A stretch of 64,000 nt of DNA from a bacterium (GTDB lineage Bacteria; Patescibacteriota; Saccharimonadia; UBA4664; JBBRNT01), in assembly GCA_043767845.1 (NCBI GenBank), contig JAYUFZ010000018.1, positions 3,312 through 67,311 on the forward strand. Direction: 5' to 3'. The notes beneath the pieces are model-generated. The model was not told where the DNA came from. It saw nothing but the letters and a program-made list of their open reading frames with translations, and did not search any database. Positions 28,603-38,939 of this stretch are shown piece after piece; position 1 is the first letter of the stretch; every line of letters begins with the position of its first letter. A program made the position numbers and the translations under genes.

Positions 28603-29952
28603 GTGAAGAAAACCCATCAAGAAACTATTGTCGCCCTAGCTACTCCTTCAGGAGCGGGCGGCATTGCTATTATTCGGATCAGCGGACCGGATTCGGCGGC
28701 GGTTATTCGTCGTATTCATTCTCGGGCGGATCAAGCTATCTCGTCCCCACGCACCCTGGTGCTTGGTCGGCTATTGAGCGATGGCTCGGCCATCGACCAG
28801 GGCTTGGTAGTGTATATGCCCGGCCCCAAGTCCTACACCGGCGAGGATGTGGCTGAGCTCCAAGTCCACACTAGCCCAGCAATTATTAAGCTATTACTTG
28901 AAGCCGCTGTGCAGTTCGGATCAAGGCTCGCCGAACCGGGCGAGTTTACCAAGCGTGCCTACCTCAACGGCAAACTCGACCTCGCCCAGGCTGAGGCCGT
29001 AGCCGATGTGATTGCGGCCAGCAGTACCTCAGCGGTCAAGCTGGCTACCGCCCAGCTGGCTGGATCCTTGTCGAGGCAGGTAGGCGAGCAACGTGCCGCA
29101 CTTGTGGGGATTGTGGCCATGCTGGTGGCTAATCTTGACTTTGGCGAAGAGGATATTCCAGATATCGACGCCGATGAATTGTTGGCCGACTTACAGCGGA
29201 TACAGGCGACCATGAACAGCTGGCTGGCCTCAAGCAAGCAGGGGATGATTATGCGCCATGGACTGGCCGTAGCAATTGTTGGCCTGCCGAACGCCGGCAA
29301 GTCGAGTCTACTGAATGCCTTGATTGGTTATGAACGGGCAATAGTGACCAATATTGCCGGCACCACCCGCGACACCCTGGAAGAGCAGATCGAGATCGAT
29401 GGTTTGGCGGTCCGCATTGTCGACACGGCTGGGCTGACCGAGACCAGTGACGTCGTAGAGGGCATTGGCGTTGCGCGGGCCCACCTGGCGGCGGAGGAGG
29501 CGGACTTGGTGCTTTTGTGCGCCGCAGCCGACCAGGACTTGGGCCAGCTGAAGTTTAAACCCCCGAAGGGTATACCGATGATCGGTGTCCAGACCAAGAT
29601 CGATGAGCTGAGCGGCGCCATTGGGTGGCCCAAGTCGGTTGAGAAGTCAGTAGCCACCTCGGCCAAGACTGGCCAGGGGCTAGACGAGCTGCGCCATGTG
29701 ATTAGCCAGGCGGCGGGGGAGACTGGGTCGGGCGAGATGCCGGTGCTTGCCAACCTGCGCCATATTGAGGCTGTTCGCGAATCACTTGGCTATCTTGAGC
29801 AAACGATTCAAGCCCTAGAAGATGAAGCACCATTAGACATTGTGGCGGGGGAGTTGACGCTTGCGGCCGAGGCACTCTCGTCGATCGTTGGTGAAAACGT
29901 TGGCAAGGAGATTATTGATGCGGTGTTTTCTAAGTTTTGCATCGGAAAGTGA
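28603..29952 (+). CDS. mnmE: tRNA modification GTPase MnmE
   Basis: TIVALATP, GLPNAGKSS, GTTRD, DTAG, FCIGK. Confidence 0.97.
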   Translation: MKKTHQETIVALATPSGAGGIAIIRISGPDSAAVIRRIHSRADQAISSPRTLVLGRLLSDGSAIDQGLVVYMPGPKSYTGEDVAELQVHTSPAIIKLLLEAAVQFGSRLAEPGEFTKRAYLNGKLDLAQAEAVADVIAASSTSAVKLATAQLAGSLSRQVGEQRAALVGIVAMLVANLDFGEEDIPDIDADELLADLQRIQATMNSWLASSKQGMIMRHGLAVAIVGLPNAGKSSLLNALIGYERAIVTNIAGTTRDTLEEQIEIDGLAVRIVDTAGLTETSDVVEGIGVARAHLAAEEADLVLLCAAADQDLGQLKFKPPKGIPMIGVQTKIDELSGAIGWPKSVEKSVATSAKTGQGLDELRHVISQAAGETGSGEMPVLANLRHIEAVRESLGYLEQTIQALEDEAPLDIVAGELTLAAEALSSIVGENVGKEIIDAVFSKFCIGK

Positions 29953-29961
29953 TCTGTTGGT

Positions 29962-31074
29962 CTACTCGAATTCCCGGTAAATAGCTAATGTCTGCTCGGC
30001 CATCCGCCGCCAGGAAAACAGCTTAATATGCTCCGGGCCAGCCAGCCGTAATCGCTCGAGCTGCTTTTTATCGTCCAAAACTGCGCAGATCTTAGCCGCC
30101 ATATCGGCTGTGTCCAGCGGGTCGAAGTAGACAGCGGCTTCGCCACAAACTTCCGGTAGGCAGCTGGCGTGAGCGGCGAGTACCGGCGTGCCTTGAGACA
30201 TGGCCTCCAGTGCCGGCAAGCCAAAGCCCTCGGACAAAGAGGGGAATACAAAGGCTTTGGCATGCTTGTAAAGCCACACCAGCTCGCTATCACTCACGAA
30301 GCCGGCAAAGATCACCTTATTACTAAGACCTAGTCGCTGGGCCTCTAGCTGGAGCTGCCCCTGGAAATAGTCAGCCTTACCAGTTAGCACTAGCTCAAGG
30401 TTAGGATTACTGGCCTGGGCCAGCTTAAAAGCTTTCAATAGTCGCCCAATATTCTTATTCGGATAGTAATTGCCTACATATAGTAGGTAGTCACCCCCTA
30501 CGGCAAAAGCTGGCTTTTTTGGTGAAGCAAAGAGGGGATCGACAGATAGGAGAGTGGTCGTGACTTTGCTCGGGCTGATTTTAAATGGACTATGCTCGTA
30601 ACGGGATATGATTTGCTGCCGCACGAACTCGGTATCAGTGATTAGCCGGGAACGCATAATTGCGCAACGTAGCACCAACCGCATGCCCCAATATTTCAGC
30701 TCGTATAATATTTTCTTAGCACCCTCGCCCTGGTTGGTTTTGTAACTCACTAATGTCAGATCGTGAATAGTCGCTACCCGCCTGCCAAAGTAGAGTGGGG
30801 GAGCGGTAAAGTGTGGGAAGTGGACGAGGTCGGGTCGCAGGCGGTAAAGCGTGATGGGTAGTAAGATCTGCTCGGCTAGGCTGTAGGGCCTTATGTCGGC
30901 TAGCTGCTTCGTAAAGTTGGCCGCTTTCGGCTGCCAGCCCTCGAAATCCTTGGCCAGTAACAGAACGATATATTGATTGCTATGATCAATGTCTTGAAGC
31001 TGGTCAAGCAAATTCCAAGTATAGCGGCCAATGCCGGTCCAGGTAATCATGCGGGCGTCGATGATTATTTTCAT
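29962..31074 (-). CDS. GT4 glycosyltransferase
   Basis: GIGRY, PNKN, FPSLSEGFGLPALEAM. Confidence 0.92.
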   Translation of the reverse strand: MKIIIDARMITWTGIGRYTWNLLDQLQDIDHSNQYIVLLLAKDFEGWQPKAANFTKQLADIRPYSLAEQILLPITLYRLRPDLVHFPHFTAPPLYFGRRVATIHDLTLVSYKTNQGEGAKKILYELKYWGMRLVLRCAIMRSRLITDTEFVRQQIISRYEHSPFKISPSKVTTTLLSVDPLFASPKKPAFAVGGDYLLYVGNYYPNKNIGRLLKAFKLAQASNPNLELVLTGKADYFQGQLQLEAQRLGLSNKVIFAGFVSDSELVWLYKHAKAFVFPSLSEGFGLPALEAMSQGTPVLAAHASCLPEVCGEAAVYFDPLDTADMAAKICAVLDDKKQLERLRLAGPEHIKLFSWRRMAEQTLAIYREFE

Positions 31075-33716
31075 GCTGTATTTATCCGAGCCGCACTGGG
31101 TACTAAGGAGACGTTCTTAAATTCGGGGGCGAACAAGGCTAATCCTAGCAGCGTCCAGAAGACCATATTTAAACTGAAATCACTCGACCAGGTGTGTAAA
31201 AACATAGCATTGAAAGTGAGGCCAACTCCGAGCCAGGCCACCACCGGAGTGCCTTCCCTGAAGGCTGTTCGAATAGCAATAAAAATAAATGCCATATAGA
31301 GAGCTAAACCAATAAGACCCAGTTCTTGGGTGATTTGAATATACCAATTCTCGCTAATCACAACCTCTTCGGAGGTTGCAAAAGTAACTGGTCCGGCCGT
31401 TCCAATGCCACTACCAATTATTAAGTCTGGGGCGCGACGCTTGACCGTCGACACAACATTTGAAGAGGTAATGTCGGCATGCTCATTTGTCGATTCTCCA
31501 TGGAGCAAGACCATTCTGAGACTCTCGTGATACTGTAGCACACCAATGCTTGAGCCTATTAGGATGGAAAAACCAAGTACCAGTACTGGCCAGTTAACTT
31601 GCTTTTTACGAGCATCCGAGATGAACAATCCAAGTCCCAAAACTGCCGTCGCGAGCCAGGCACTACGTGCTTGGGTAAGCCCCAAAAATATGCCCACGGG
31701 TATGACGGCAATGAACCGTCGTTTTCCAGAGAAGAATGTGAGCGCCAGGGCGGCAGCAATAGCCAGTAGGCTACCAAAAGGGTTGGGTCCAGGAGTGAAG
31801 GAACGGATCTGTGGTATCTTGCCTACAAAATGACGCAGCAGATCTTGGTGCGCCCAAACCCGGAAACTGTGGTTAAAGAAGAATTCAATTGTTCCAAAGA
31901 ACATCAGAAAACCAAATAAGCCGACGATGGTTAACAGTATGCGCTTGACCTCTTTGCGCTTGGGTACGACAATCCAGATGGTTAGGAAGCCCAGAAGGCC
32001 GCTAAAGTCCGCCCGTAACCCACGGAAACCCTGCCACGTTGGCGCCTGGCCAATGAATATCGAGAGCGTAGCCCAGGCTAGTATCACAAGGCACAGCACT
32101 ATTACTAAAGGCAGCTTTCCACGACCTCGAAGCTCTGGGTAATAGGTCGCAACGGCCAAGCCAAGACAGGCAATCGGGACAAGCTCCAGGCCATACTTAA
32201 AGGCGCTCAATGCCAAGTGGGGGATATGGCCAGCCATAATAATGTAGGCAAACTCCCGGAGCGGTGTGAATACAAGGCTGATGGCTAGTAAGGCCAAGAT
32301 GGTGGCTCGGAGCTTGGTTCTCATAGTATTGATTCTAGGTAATCGCAGCCAAACATACAAACCGCGAAGCCGCGACTTGCCAGTATGCTTGCCTGTAGCT
32401 AGTCCTGCAAGCAGCGCCATACAAATCCAGATATGGGTCAGGAAGAAGCCGGTAAAACTTTGATATTGGATAATGATCGCTACCAGCGCTGCCAATAGCC
32501 CGGCTACCCAGGCTCGTTTTATACCTTCGGCTTCTTGTAGCGTCCGATAGGCAGAGATGCCAATGCTAAGCACAAAGCCAGACAACAACATGAAGCCCAC
32601 TACGCCTAGCTCGGCCAACAACTCCCAAAAAGCATTATTGGCGGTTGGCCAGTTCTCTGTGGTGAGTGCTGCGGGATAGTTTAAAAGCGCTGGTCCAAAT
32701 CCCCCTATCCCCACCCCAAAAAGCGGGTGTTTCAGGAATATAGCCCGAGCCTGTCCTTGGGTTTGGTGCCGTTCGGTGAAGGAGCCAGTGTGGGTGAGCT
32801 GGGTGGTGAAGAGCCTTAAAAAAATTACCGGGCCCTTGGTGGCATTGCCATAGTATAGCTTTGACGCACCGGCCGTCGCAGAAAGTGTGAGAATGAGTAT
32901 TAGTAAGACTGTTAGGCCGAACTTACGTAGCGTGGATGAGGAGAGTTTTCGGACATCCCTGTGCAGGAGAGCAATCAGCACTAGGCAACCAGCCAGCGCG
33001 GCAAATATGCCACCCCGCGACATTGTAAGAGCAAGGTTTAAGAGTAAAAGGCCGATAACTGGCATGAGCAGGCGTGGGGCTTTTTTGCCATGCACTATGA
33101 TAATACTCAAGCCGACAAGAACCGGGATCAATAGATAGTTGGCGTAGTAGAGTGGTTCAAGGGCAGTAGCTTGGATGCGTGGGAAACCAAAGACTGCTTT
33201 GGTATAAGCCGCTCTTAGCCCTGTAGCACTGGCAGGCAAGCCGAGGATATCACCAACGTATTGGTAGATGCCAAAGCAGGCTACAGCACCAGCAGATCCA
33301 AAGAGCGCTAGCTGGACGGTCCGCAGCCGCTCGGTTGTTATGAGCTGTGAGACAGCGGCAAATAGGACAAAAAGGCCGAGGCCAATAAGGTAGTTGCGGT
33401 TGAGCTGGCTATAGCGTAGTTGCCAGAGCGGAACTAATGACACCAGAGCGGTGCCGGCGAGGTATTTGTAACTGGGCTGATAACTGAACTTCTCGCGGCC
33501 AGTGAGCAGCCGCGCCATATAGGTGAGCACCAAGGCGGCACCGGCAACCTGCACAATGCGTACCACGGGGTGGCCGGTATGGGGGAGTAATATGTAGGAG
33601 CCGATCCGTTCAAATGGGAGCAATAAAACCACTGTAAAGAGACCCCAACTGGGGCGGTGGTAGAAGGTGGCAGCTAGAAAAACTGTGGCTGCAAGAGTCA
33701 GTAGGAGAGTAGTCAC
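31071..33716 (-). CDS. Double O-antigen-ligase/Wzy_C-family membrane protein (two domains)
   Basis: Domain 1: EPLYYANY, TMSRGG, PLFGVGIGGF, NAFWELLAELG. Domain 2: PNPFG, TQARSAW, GSGIGTAG, ENWYIQITQELG. Confidence 0.82.
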   Translation of the reverse strand: MTTLLLTLAATVFLAATFYHRPSWGLFTVVLLLPFERIGSYILLPHTGHPVVRIVQVAGAALVLTYMARLLTGREKFSYQPSYKYLAGTALVSLVPLWQLRYSQLNRNYLIGLGLFVLFAAVSQLITTERLRTVQLALFGSAGAVACFGIYQYVGDILGLPASATGLRAAYTKAVFGFPRIQATALEPLYYANYLLIPVLVGLSIIIVHGKKAPRLLMPVIGLLLLNLALTMSRGGIFAALAGCLVLIALLHRDVRKLSSSTLRKFGLTVLLILILTLSATAGASKLYYGNATKGPVIFLRLFTTQLTHTGSFTERHQTQGQARAIFLKHPLFGVGIGGFGPALLNYPAALTTENWPTANNAFWELLAELGVVGFMLLSGFVLSIGISAYRTLQEAEGIKRAWVAGLLAALVAIIIQYQSFTGFFLTHIWICMALLAGLATGKHTGKSRLRGLYVWLRLPRINTMRTKLRATILALLAISLVFTPLREFAYIIMAGHIPHLALSAFKYGLELVPIACLGLAVATYYPELRGRGKLPLVIVLCLVILAWATLSIFIGQAPTWQGFRGLRADFSGLLGFLTIWIVVPKRKEVKRILLTIVGLFGFLMFFGTIEFFFNHSFRVWAHQDLLRHFVGKIPQIRSFTPGPNPFGSLLAIAAALALTFFSGKRRFIAVIPVGIFLGLTQARSAWLATAVLGLGLFISDARKKQVNWPVLVLGFSILIGSSIGVLQYHESLRMVLLHGESTNEHADITSSNVVSTVKRRAPDLIIGSGIGTAGPVTFATSEEVVISENWYIQITQELGLIGLALYMAFIFIAIRTAFREGTPVVAWLGVGLTFNAMFLHTWSSDFSLNMVFWTLLGLALFAPEFKNVSLVPSAARINTA

Positions 33717-33807
33717 AGCTCCATTGTACCAGCCCTAGCTGTTTGCGCTGAATTTGACTTTGAATCTCTACATGCGACAATTGGAGGAGTATTAATCAGG
33801 AGTGAGT

Positions 33808-34812
33808 ATGGCAAATACAGCCCCCAAACGAGCGCTTATCACCGGGATTACTGGCCAGGACGGTAGCCATCTCGCTGAGCTACTCTTGAGCAAGAATTAT
33901 GAGGTATTCGGCCTGATACGAGGCCAACACAACCCCCGCCGCCGCAAAGTGGAGGAAGACTTTTCCAAAGTCACGCTCATAGAGGCCGATCTCTGCGATA
34001 GCGCCTCGCTGGTTCGGGCCGTCGAGGTCTCCCAGCCCGATGAAGTCTACAACCTAGCGGCCGTCAGCTTGCCGGGGTATTCCTTTAAGGTCCCCGAACT
34101 TACTGGCGAGGTGACCGGGCTCGGCGTGCTCCGAATGTTGGAGGCCGTCCGCCTATCTGGCAAAAAGGATACGCGTTTCTATCAAGCCTCAACCTCGGAG
34201 ATGTTTGGCGGCATGGACTATAACCGGCCCGAGGGTGGTTACGTGGAGACCTCGTCCTTCCATCCCCGCAGTCCCTATGGCGTAGCAAAGGTCTATGGCC
34301 ACTGGAGCGCTCGCAACTACCGTGATAGCTATGGAATGTTTGTGAGTTGCGGTATTTTGTTCAATCACGAAGGACCCCGTCGTGGTCTAGAGTTTGTGAC
34401 CCGCAAGATTAGTAATGCTGCCGCTCGAATCAAGCTAGGACTGCAAGATGAGTTGGTACTCGGTAGCCTGGACCCTAAGCGCGATTGGGGTTATGCCGGG
34501 GATTATGTCCGCGGAATGTGGCAGATGCTGCAGCAGGACGAGCCGGATGATTTTATATTGGCCACCGGAGAGACCCACTCTATCCGAGAGTTTTTGGATC
34601 TATCCTTTACTGAAGCCGGACTTGGTGATTGGAAGCCCTATGTCCGTCAGGCCCAGGAATTTATGCGCCCGGCAGAGGTGAATCTGCTGCTTGGTAATCC
34701 AGCAAAGGCCGAAAAAGTTTTGGGCTGGAAGCGCGAAGTTGATTTTCCGGATCTAGTCAAAATGATGGTCGAGAACGACCTCAAAATCGAAGCAGCCAAA
34801 AAGCAAGCCTAG
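33808..34812 (+). CDS. gmd: GDP-mannose 4,6-dehydratase
   Basis: ALITGITGQDGS, QASTSEMFG, PRSPYGVAK, GILFNHE, FVTRKI, RDWGYAGDYV. Confidence 0.95.
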   Translation: MANTAPKRALITGITGQDGSHLAELLLSKNYEVFGLIRGQHNPRRRKVEEDFSKVTLIEADLCDSASLVRAVEVSQPDEVYNLAAVSLPGYSFKVPELTGEVTGLGVLRMLEAVRLSGKKDTRFYQASTSEMFGGMDYNRPEGGYVETSSFHPRSPYGVAKVYGHWSARNYRDSYGMFVSCGILFNHEGPRRGLEFVTRKISNAAARIKLGLQDELVLGSLDPKRDWGYAGDYVRGMWQMLQQDEPDDFILATGETHSIREFLDLSFTEAGLGDWKPYVRQAQEFMRPAEVNLLLGNPAKAEKVLGWKREVDFPDLVKMMVENDLKIEAAKKQA

Positions 34813-35915
34813 GCTGTTAGTAGCTTCTGTAGTTCGGCAGCGCTTTTCGCCCAGGAGAACTTTGCAACTTGCCCATCGCCTTTATGTCGGAGGCTGTCGC
34901 GTAGCTTGGTGTTTGTGAGTATCGCAGAAAGCACCCCTGCTATAGCCTTGGTACCAAGCGGGTCGAAGGTCAGAGCGGCCTCCCCGGTCACTTCTGGGAG
35001 CGAGGTGGCGTTTGATGAGGCTACGGGGGTGTGGGAGGCCATTGCCTCCAAGACTGGCAAGCCAAAGCCTTCATAGGTACTCGGAAATACGAAAGCTGTG
35101 GCTAGGGCGTAGACTCGCGGTAAGTCGGCATCATCAATAAAACCAGTCAGGCGGATGTGCGAATCGCCATCCAGTGAAACCTCTTGGTTGTGCCATTTCG
35201 CGCCAGCTATAATCAGCGGATAGCCATTGCGCAAAGCTGGTGCAAGCAAGCGGTGGGCGGCAATAGCGCTGACTACATTCTTGCGTGGCTCGCTACCACC
35301 AATCGTCAGTACAAATTGCTTGGGTAGATTGTAGCGTTTGACTGTAGTTTCCAGTTCGGCTTTGCTGTGGGTTACGAAAAATTGCGGGTCAGCCTGCAGG
35401 TAGATGACCTGGATTTTGCTAGCCGGGATAGCGAGTTGCCGTACAGCGATATCCTTACTGTACCGGGAGATGGCCGTAAATTCATCGGCAACTTTTACCG
35501 AGCGCTGCATAATGTGGGTCACGATCAGTCGCCGCAAAGTGAACTTGGTGCTGCCGAAGTAGAGGTCAGGCTTTTCTACCGGAATCATATCGAGCAAAGA
35601 AACAATAGTTCGGCAGGTTTTGAAGCCAGGGCTGCTGAGATTATGGAATGAGTAAAAGACGTCGGCCTTCAGTCTAAGTAGGATGAATGGTAGCCTGAAT
35701 GTTAGCCAGATTGCCCGCTTACTGGCGGTTACTTTGTATACTTCGAAGTTAGGAGCGCTAATACCTGACGTAATGAAGCTATGATTAGCGTTGACCATAA
35801 TAATGTACTTGTTGGCAGTGTCGAGCGCCTGTAACTCGCGCAACATATTATAAGCCAGCCGGTCGCTGCCGGTGATATGGGGGGCTGCCTGGTAGGCGTC
35901 GATGATGATGGTCAT
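34809..35915 (-). CDS. GT4 glycosyltransferase
   Basis: EPRKN, FPSTYEGFGLPVLEAM. Confidence 0.92.
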   Translation of the reverse strand: MTIIIDAYQAAPHITGSDRLAYNMLRELQALDTANKYIIMVNANHSFITSGISAPNFEVYKVTASKRAIWLTFRLPFILLRLKADVFYSFHNLSSPGFKTCRTIVSLLDMIPVEKPDLYFGSTKFTLRRLIVTHIMQRSVKVADEFTAISRYSKDIAVRQLAIPASKIQVIYLQADPQFFVTHSKAELETTVKRYNLPKQFVLTIGGSEPRKNVVSAIAAHRLLAPALRNGYPLIIAGAKWHNQEVSLDGDSHIRLTGFIDDADLPRVYALATAFVFPSTYEGFGLPVLEAMASHTPVASSNATSLPEVTGEAALTFDPLGTKAIAGVLSAILTNTKLRDSLRHKGDGQVAKFSWAKSAAELQKLLTA

Positions 35916-35927
35916 AGCTGGTTTGTC

Positions 35928-37001
35928 CTAGGTTAATTGCTCAAGCATATCCTGAGCTATCTTGTCCCACTCGTACATATCGGCCAGAGCCTGGAGCTCA
36001 CTTTTGTGAGTGTTCCGAAAGCTTGCTTTGAGCACTTGAGTTATGGCTTTGGCCAGAGCTGGGGGATTTTTTTCGGGAGTCATCGTAATTGCCGAACTGT
36101 CTAGTAAGTTGGGCGGGGTTTGGGGTCCGAATGTGGTGATAACCGGACAGAGATTAACAATCGCAGCCAGGGTACTCGTACTGTTGGCTCTTACTCCACC
36201 GTGAAAAGGTGACACCGAGCAGATTGCATACTGCAAATATTGGCTTACCACTGCCTCCGGGCAAACGCCAACCCAGTGTACTCGATCTTCAATGCCCAAT
36301 TTCTTGGCTAGATCTTGGTAGCGCAGATCGACTCGACCGATTAGAGCCAGCTGCAAGCCCTCAGTTCTGGTTAGTGCTTCGAGAATATCGCCTAAGCCTT
36401 TCTTATCCTGCTGTAATCCAAAGTAGACGATATAGGGTCCGATGATAGGTCTTTCTTTTGCAGGCACATATCCAATTGCAGAGCCCATTCTTGATAGACT
36501 ACCATTGACCACATTGTCGAGCCCCATCTCACTAAGGTCGCTCTGATTAAAGACTATTACCCGGTTACTCCAGCGCAGTGTTTTCACTAAGGCCTGCCTA
36601 TTGGCCGCAAGAGTCTGTTGGTACTCATGTATTATCACGCAGACCCGGATCCAAGGGAATAGAATGCGTATCAGTATTGGGCCCCAAACTGTAAGGTTTG
36701 CGTCGGCGGCCGGCAGTACAGCTGGATACTGGAAAAGTATCTGCGTCGGTCGAAAGCGTAAGATTGGCCAGATAAGCTGATAGAAATAGAGCACATCCCA
36801 GCGTCTGATAATAGGCTTCACCTCAAGATTCTTGCTTTTGTAGGGGCTAGTGTCGAATTGCGCGGAGGTTAAGACGAGGCATTGGTGACCGATATTTGAA
36901 AAGGCTGTCATAAGTTTCTGGCCGTAGTCGCCCACTCCGCAAACCACAGGTGGCCAGGAGCTATTAACAAGCATGATTCGTTTAGGTTGGAATTTCGCCA
37001 T
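35928..37001 (-). CDS. GT4-like glycosyltransferase
   Basis: PPVVCGVGDY, YFG....KGL, PVITT. Confidence 0.8.
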   Translation of the reverse strand: MAKFQPKRIMLVNSSWPPVVCGVGDYGQKLMTAFSNIGHQCLVLTSAQFDTSPYKSKNLEVKPIIRRWDVLYFYQLIWPILRFRPTQILFQYPAVLPAADANLTVWGPILIRILFPWIRVCVIIHEYQQTLAANRQALVKTLRWSNRVIVFNQSDLSEMGLDNVVNGSLSRMGSAIGYVPAKERPIIGPYIVYFGLQQDKKGLGDILEALTRTEGLQLALIGRVDLRYQDLAKKLGIEDRVHWVGVCPEAVVSQYLQYAICSVSPFHGGVRANSTSTLAAIVNLCPVITTFGPQTPPNLLDSSAITMTPEKNPPALAKAITQVLKASFRNTHKSELQALADMYEWDKIAQDMLEQLT

Positions 37002-37881
37002 AATATTTACGATAATAAGCTATTGTACCCCGGATTGACCACTGCAGTGTATGCCAACGTGTTTTATGGAAGCGCAACTTGCCGAGCGGCTTGAGCATTG
37101 TAATACTAAGGCGAAGTAGGTCACCGAATACGGTCAATTGTGCTTGATGATACTCCTTCCTTGTGCCGTGCTTATGGCTAAAGTAGAGCCTGTTGCGATA
37201 GAAGTAATAATGTTGCTTAGGACTACCTTCTCCAAGGCTGGCAGAGACGTAGTGGCGGCAGCTGGCTTGGGGATCGACAAGCAGCTGGTAGCCCGCCTGC
37301 TGGATCCTCAAGGTAAGGTCAGCATCCTCGAAGTATGCGAAGTAATTAGGGTCGAATAGCCCGACTTCTCTAAGCACCGAGCTACGCAGTAGCAGGCAGG
37401 CAGCATTGAGTGTCGCGCTACTATAGATTGTGTCCTGCTGAATATTTTGCAAATGCTGATTGCTAGCCTTGGCAATCAGCGGTCGTGAGCCGGCAAACCA
37501 AATTGTTTTACCATCGGGGTAGAGTATGAGCGGGGATACTGCCCCGGCTTTTGGGTGGTTCTTCAGGACTTGCTCAAGCTGTAGGATGGTTGAGGCCTCA
37601 AGCCGGACATCGGTATTGAGTGTCAGAATAAACTCATAATCCTGCTCCAGTGCCCTTTGAATACCCTGGTTGCTGGCTGTGGCGTAGCCAAGATTTTTCT
37701 TATTCTTGATAACGATAGTGTCCGGGAAAGCATCAAGAATGGTCTTTAAGGACGCTGGCTTAGAACCATTATCGACTAGAAAAGCATCGACTTTTCTTTC
37801 TTGAAGCTCTAACAAGCATGCCAGGCTGTTGGCTGTAGCATTCCAGTTGAGTATAACGGCTGCTGTTCTTGAGTGAGTCAT
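36982..37881 (-). CDS. GT2 glycosyltransferase (rhamnosyltransferase-like)
   Basis: LNWN, VDNGS, NLGYA..N, LNTD, FAYFEDAD. Confidence 0.9.
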   Translation of the reverse strand: MTHSRTAAVILNWNATANSLACLLELQERKVDAFLVDNGSKPASLKTILDAFPDTIVIKNKKNLGYATASNQGIQRALEQDYEFILTLNTDVRLEASTILQLEQVLKNHPKAGAVSPLILYPDGKTIWFAGSRPLIAKASNQHLQNIQQDTIYSSATLNAACLLLRSSVLREVGLFDPNYFAYFEDADLTLRIQQAGYQLLVDPQASCRHYVSASLGEGSPKQHYYFYRNRLYFSHKHGTRKEYHQAQLTVFGDLLRLSITMLKPLGKLRFHKTRWHTLQWSIRGTIAYYRKYYGEIPT

Positions 37882-38939
37882 GGCCACAGTGTTTTTACCC
37901 TCTCGGCAAAGCTGGCTAGCGTATGACTATTGCTGGCGTGGTGAGCCGCCTTGGCTTGCTTAGTTAGCTGGTCCAGAGGGCTACTGATTAGCTCTGTCGT
38001 TTGTAGAGCCAAATCAGTGGGATTCTTCCAGAGCCTTCCGAACTGGGGGCCAACTATTTCTAGCTGGCCCCCATCAGCATAGACAAGTGGAATGCATCCA
38101 TAGCTCATGGCTTCAATGGTTGTCATCCCGAAGTGCTCTGCTTTCTCTGGTGCACTGTTTGCTCGCAAGTAACCGGTAGCATGCCAGAAGAAGGAAGCTT
38201 CTTGGTAGAGTGAGGAGAGCTCCACCTGGCTAATATTTGAGAGGAATTCGATATTCAAGCCTTTTGCTAAAGATTGTAACTGAGCAAAGTAAGTCTTATC
38301 GGTGGGGTTATCAAGAAGGCCTCCGGCTAGTGTTAGCTTCCATGAAGACTGTACGGACGCCGGTAATTGAGAGTAGGCCTCGATAAGGGCGTCATGTCGT
38401 TTATTATGCCCACCAGCAAAAAAGCGGCCAACGGCCAAGATGAGGGGCTGCTTGAGTGATTTGTCGTAATTACCGGTTACGATTGGCGGAGAAAGGATTA
38501 CTGAGCGCTTGTGCCAGCGTTGCAATAGCCACTTTTGGGCGTACTCGGAGTATACAATGTGCTTATAGCTAGCTAAGGCTCGTGCTTGGCGAATGCGCAA
38601 TAAGGGATTATCAAAAGATGATAATTGGTCAAAAGGGAATTGAACAACCAGCCAGGAGTTATCTGCTAAGCTGCGGGGCGGTATAGTATTTGTTAGATAA
38701 ATGACCAGATCATAGTCGCCGCTTAGACGGCTAAAGTCTTCAGCTGGCAGGCATTTGTAATATAATTCTGCGGGCAGGCCGAGCTGCTGCAGTCTTTCGG
38801 CAGTCGGAAGGCGTGGAGAGCCAACTGTTAGGTTGTAGCGCTTCTGTAATAGCTCGGCCAGAGTCAGTATATAGCGCTCCCCGCCGCCCAGAGTCGTGAG
38901 GTAGGGGTCGTAGACGAGTAAACTAGGCAATTTTTTCAC
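37878..38939 (-). CDS. GT4 glycosyltransferase
   Basis: GGGERY, VGRF, EHFGMTTIEAM. Confidence 0.88.
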   Translation of the reverse strand: MKKLPSLLVYDPYLTTLGGGERYILTLAELLQKRYNLTVGSPRLPTAERLQQLGLPAELYYKCLPAEDFSRLSGDYDLVIYLTNTIPPRSLADNSWLVVQFPFDQLSSFDNPLLRIRQARALASYKHIVYSEYAQKWLLQRWHKRSVILSPPIVTGNYDKSLKQPLILAVGRFFAGGHNKRHDALIEAYSQLPASVQSSWKLTLAGGLLDNPTDKTYFAQLQSLAKGLNIEFLSNISQVELSSLYQEASFFWHATGYLRANSAPEKAEHFGMTTIEAMSYGCIPLVYADGGQLEIVGPQFGRLWKNPTDLALQTTELISSPLDQLTKQAKAAHHASNSHTLASFAERVKTLWP

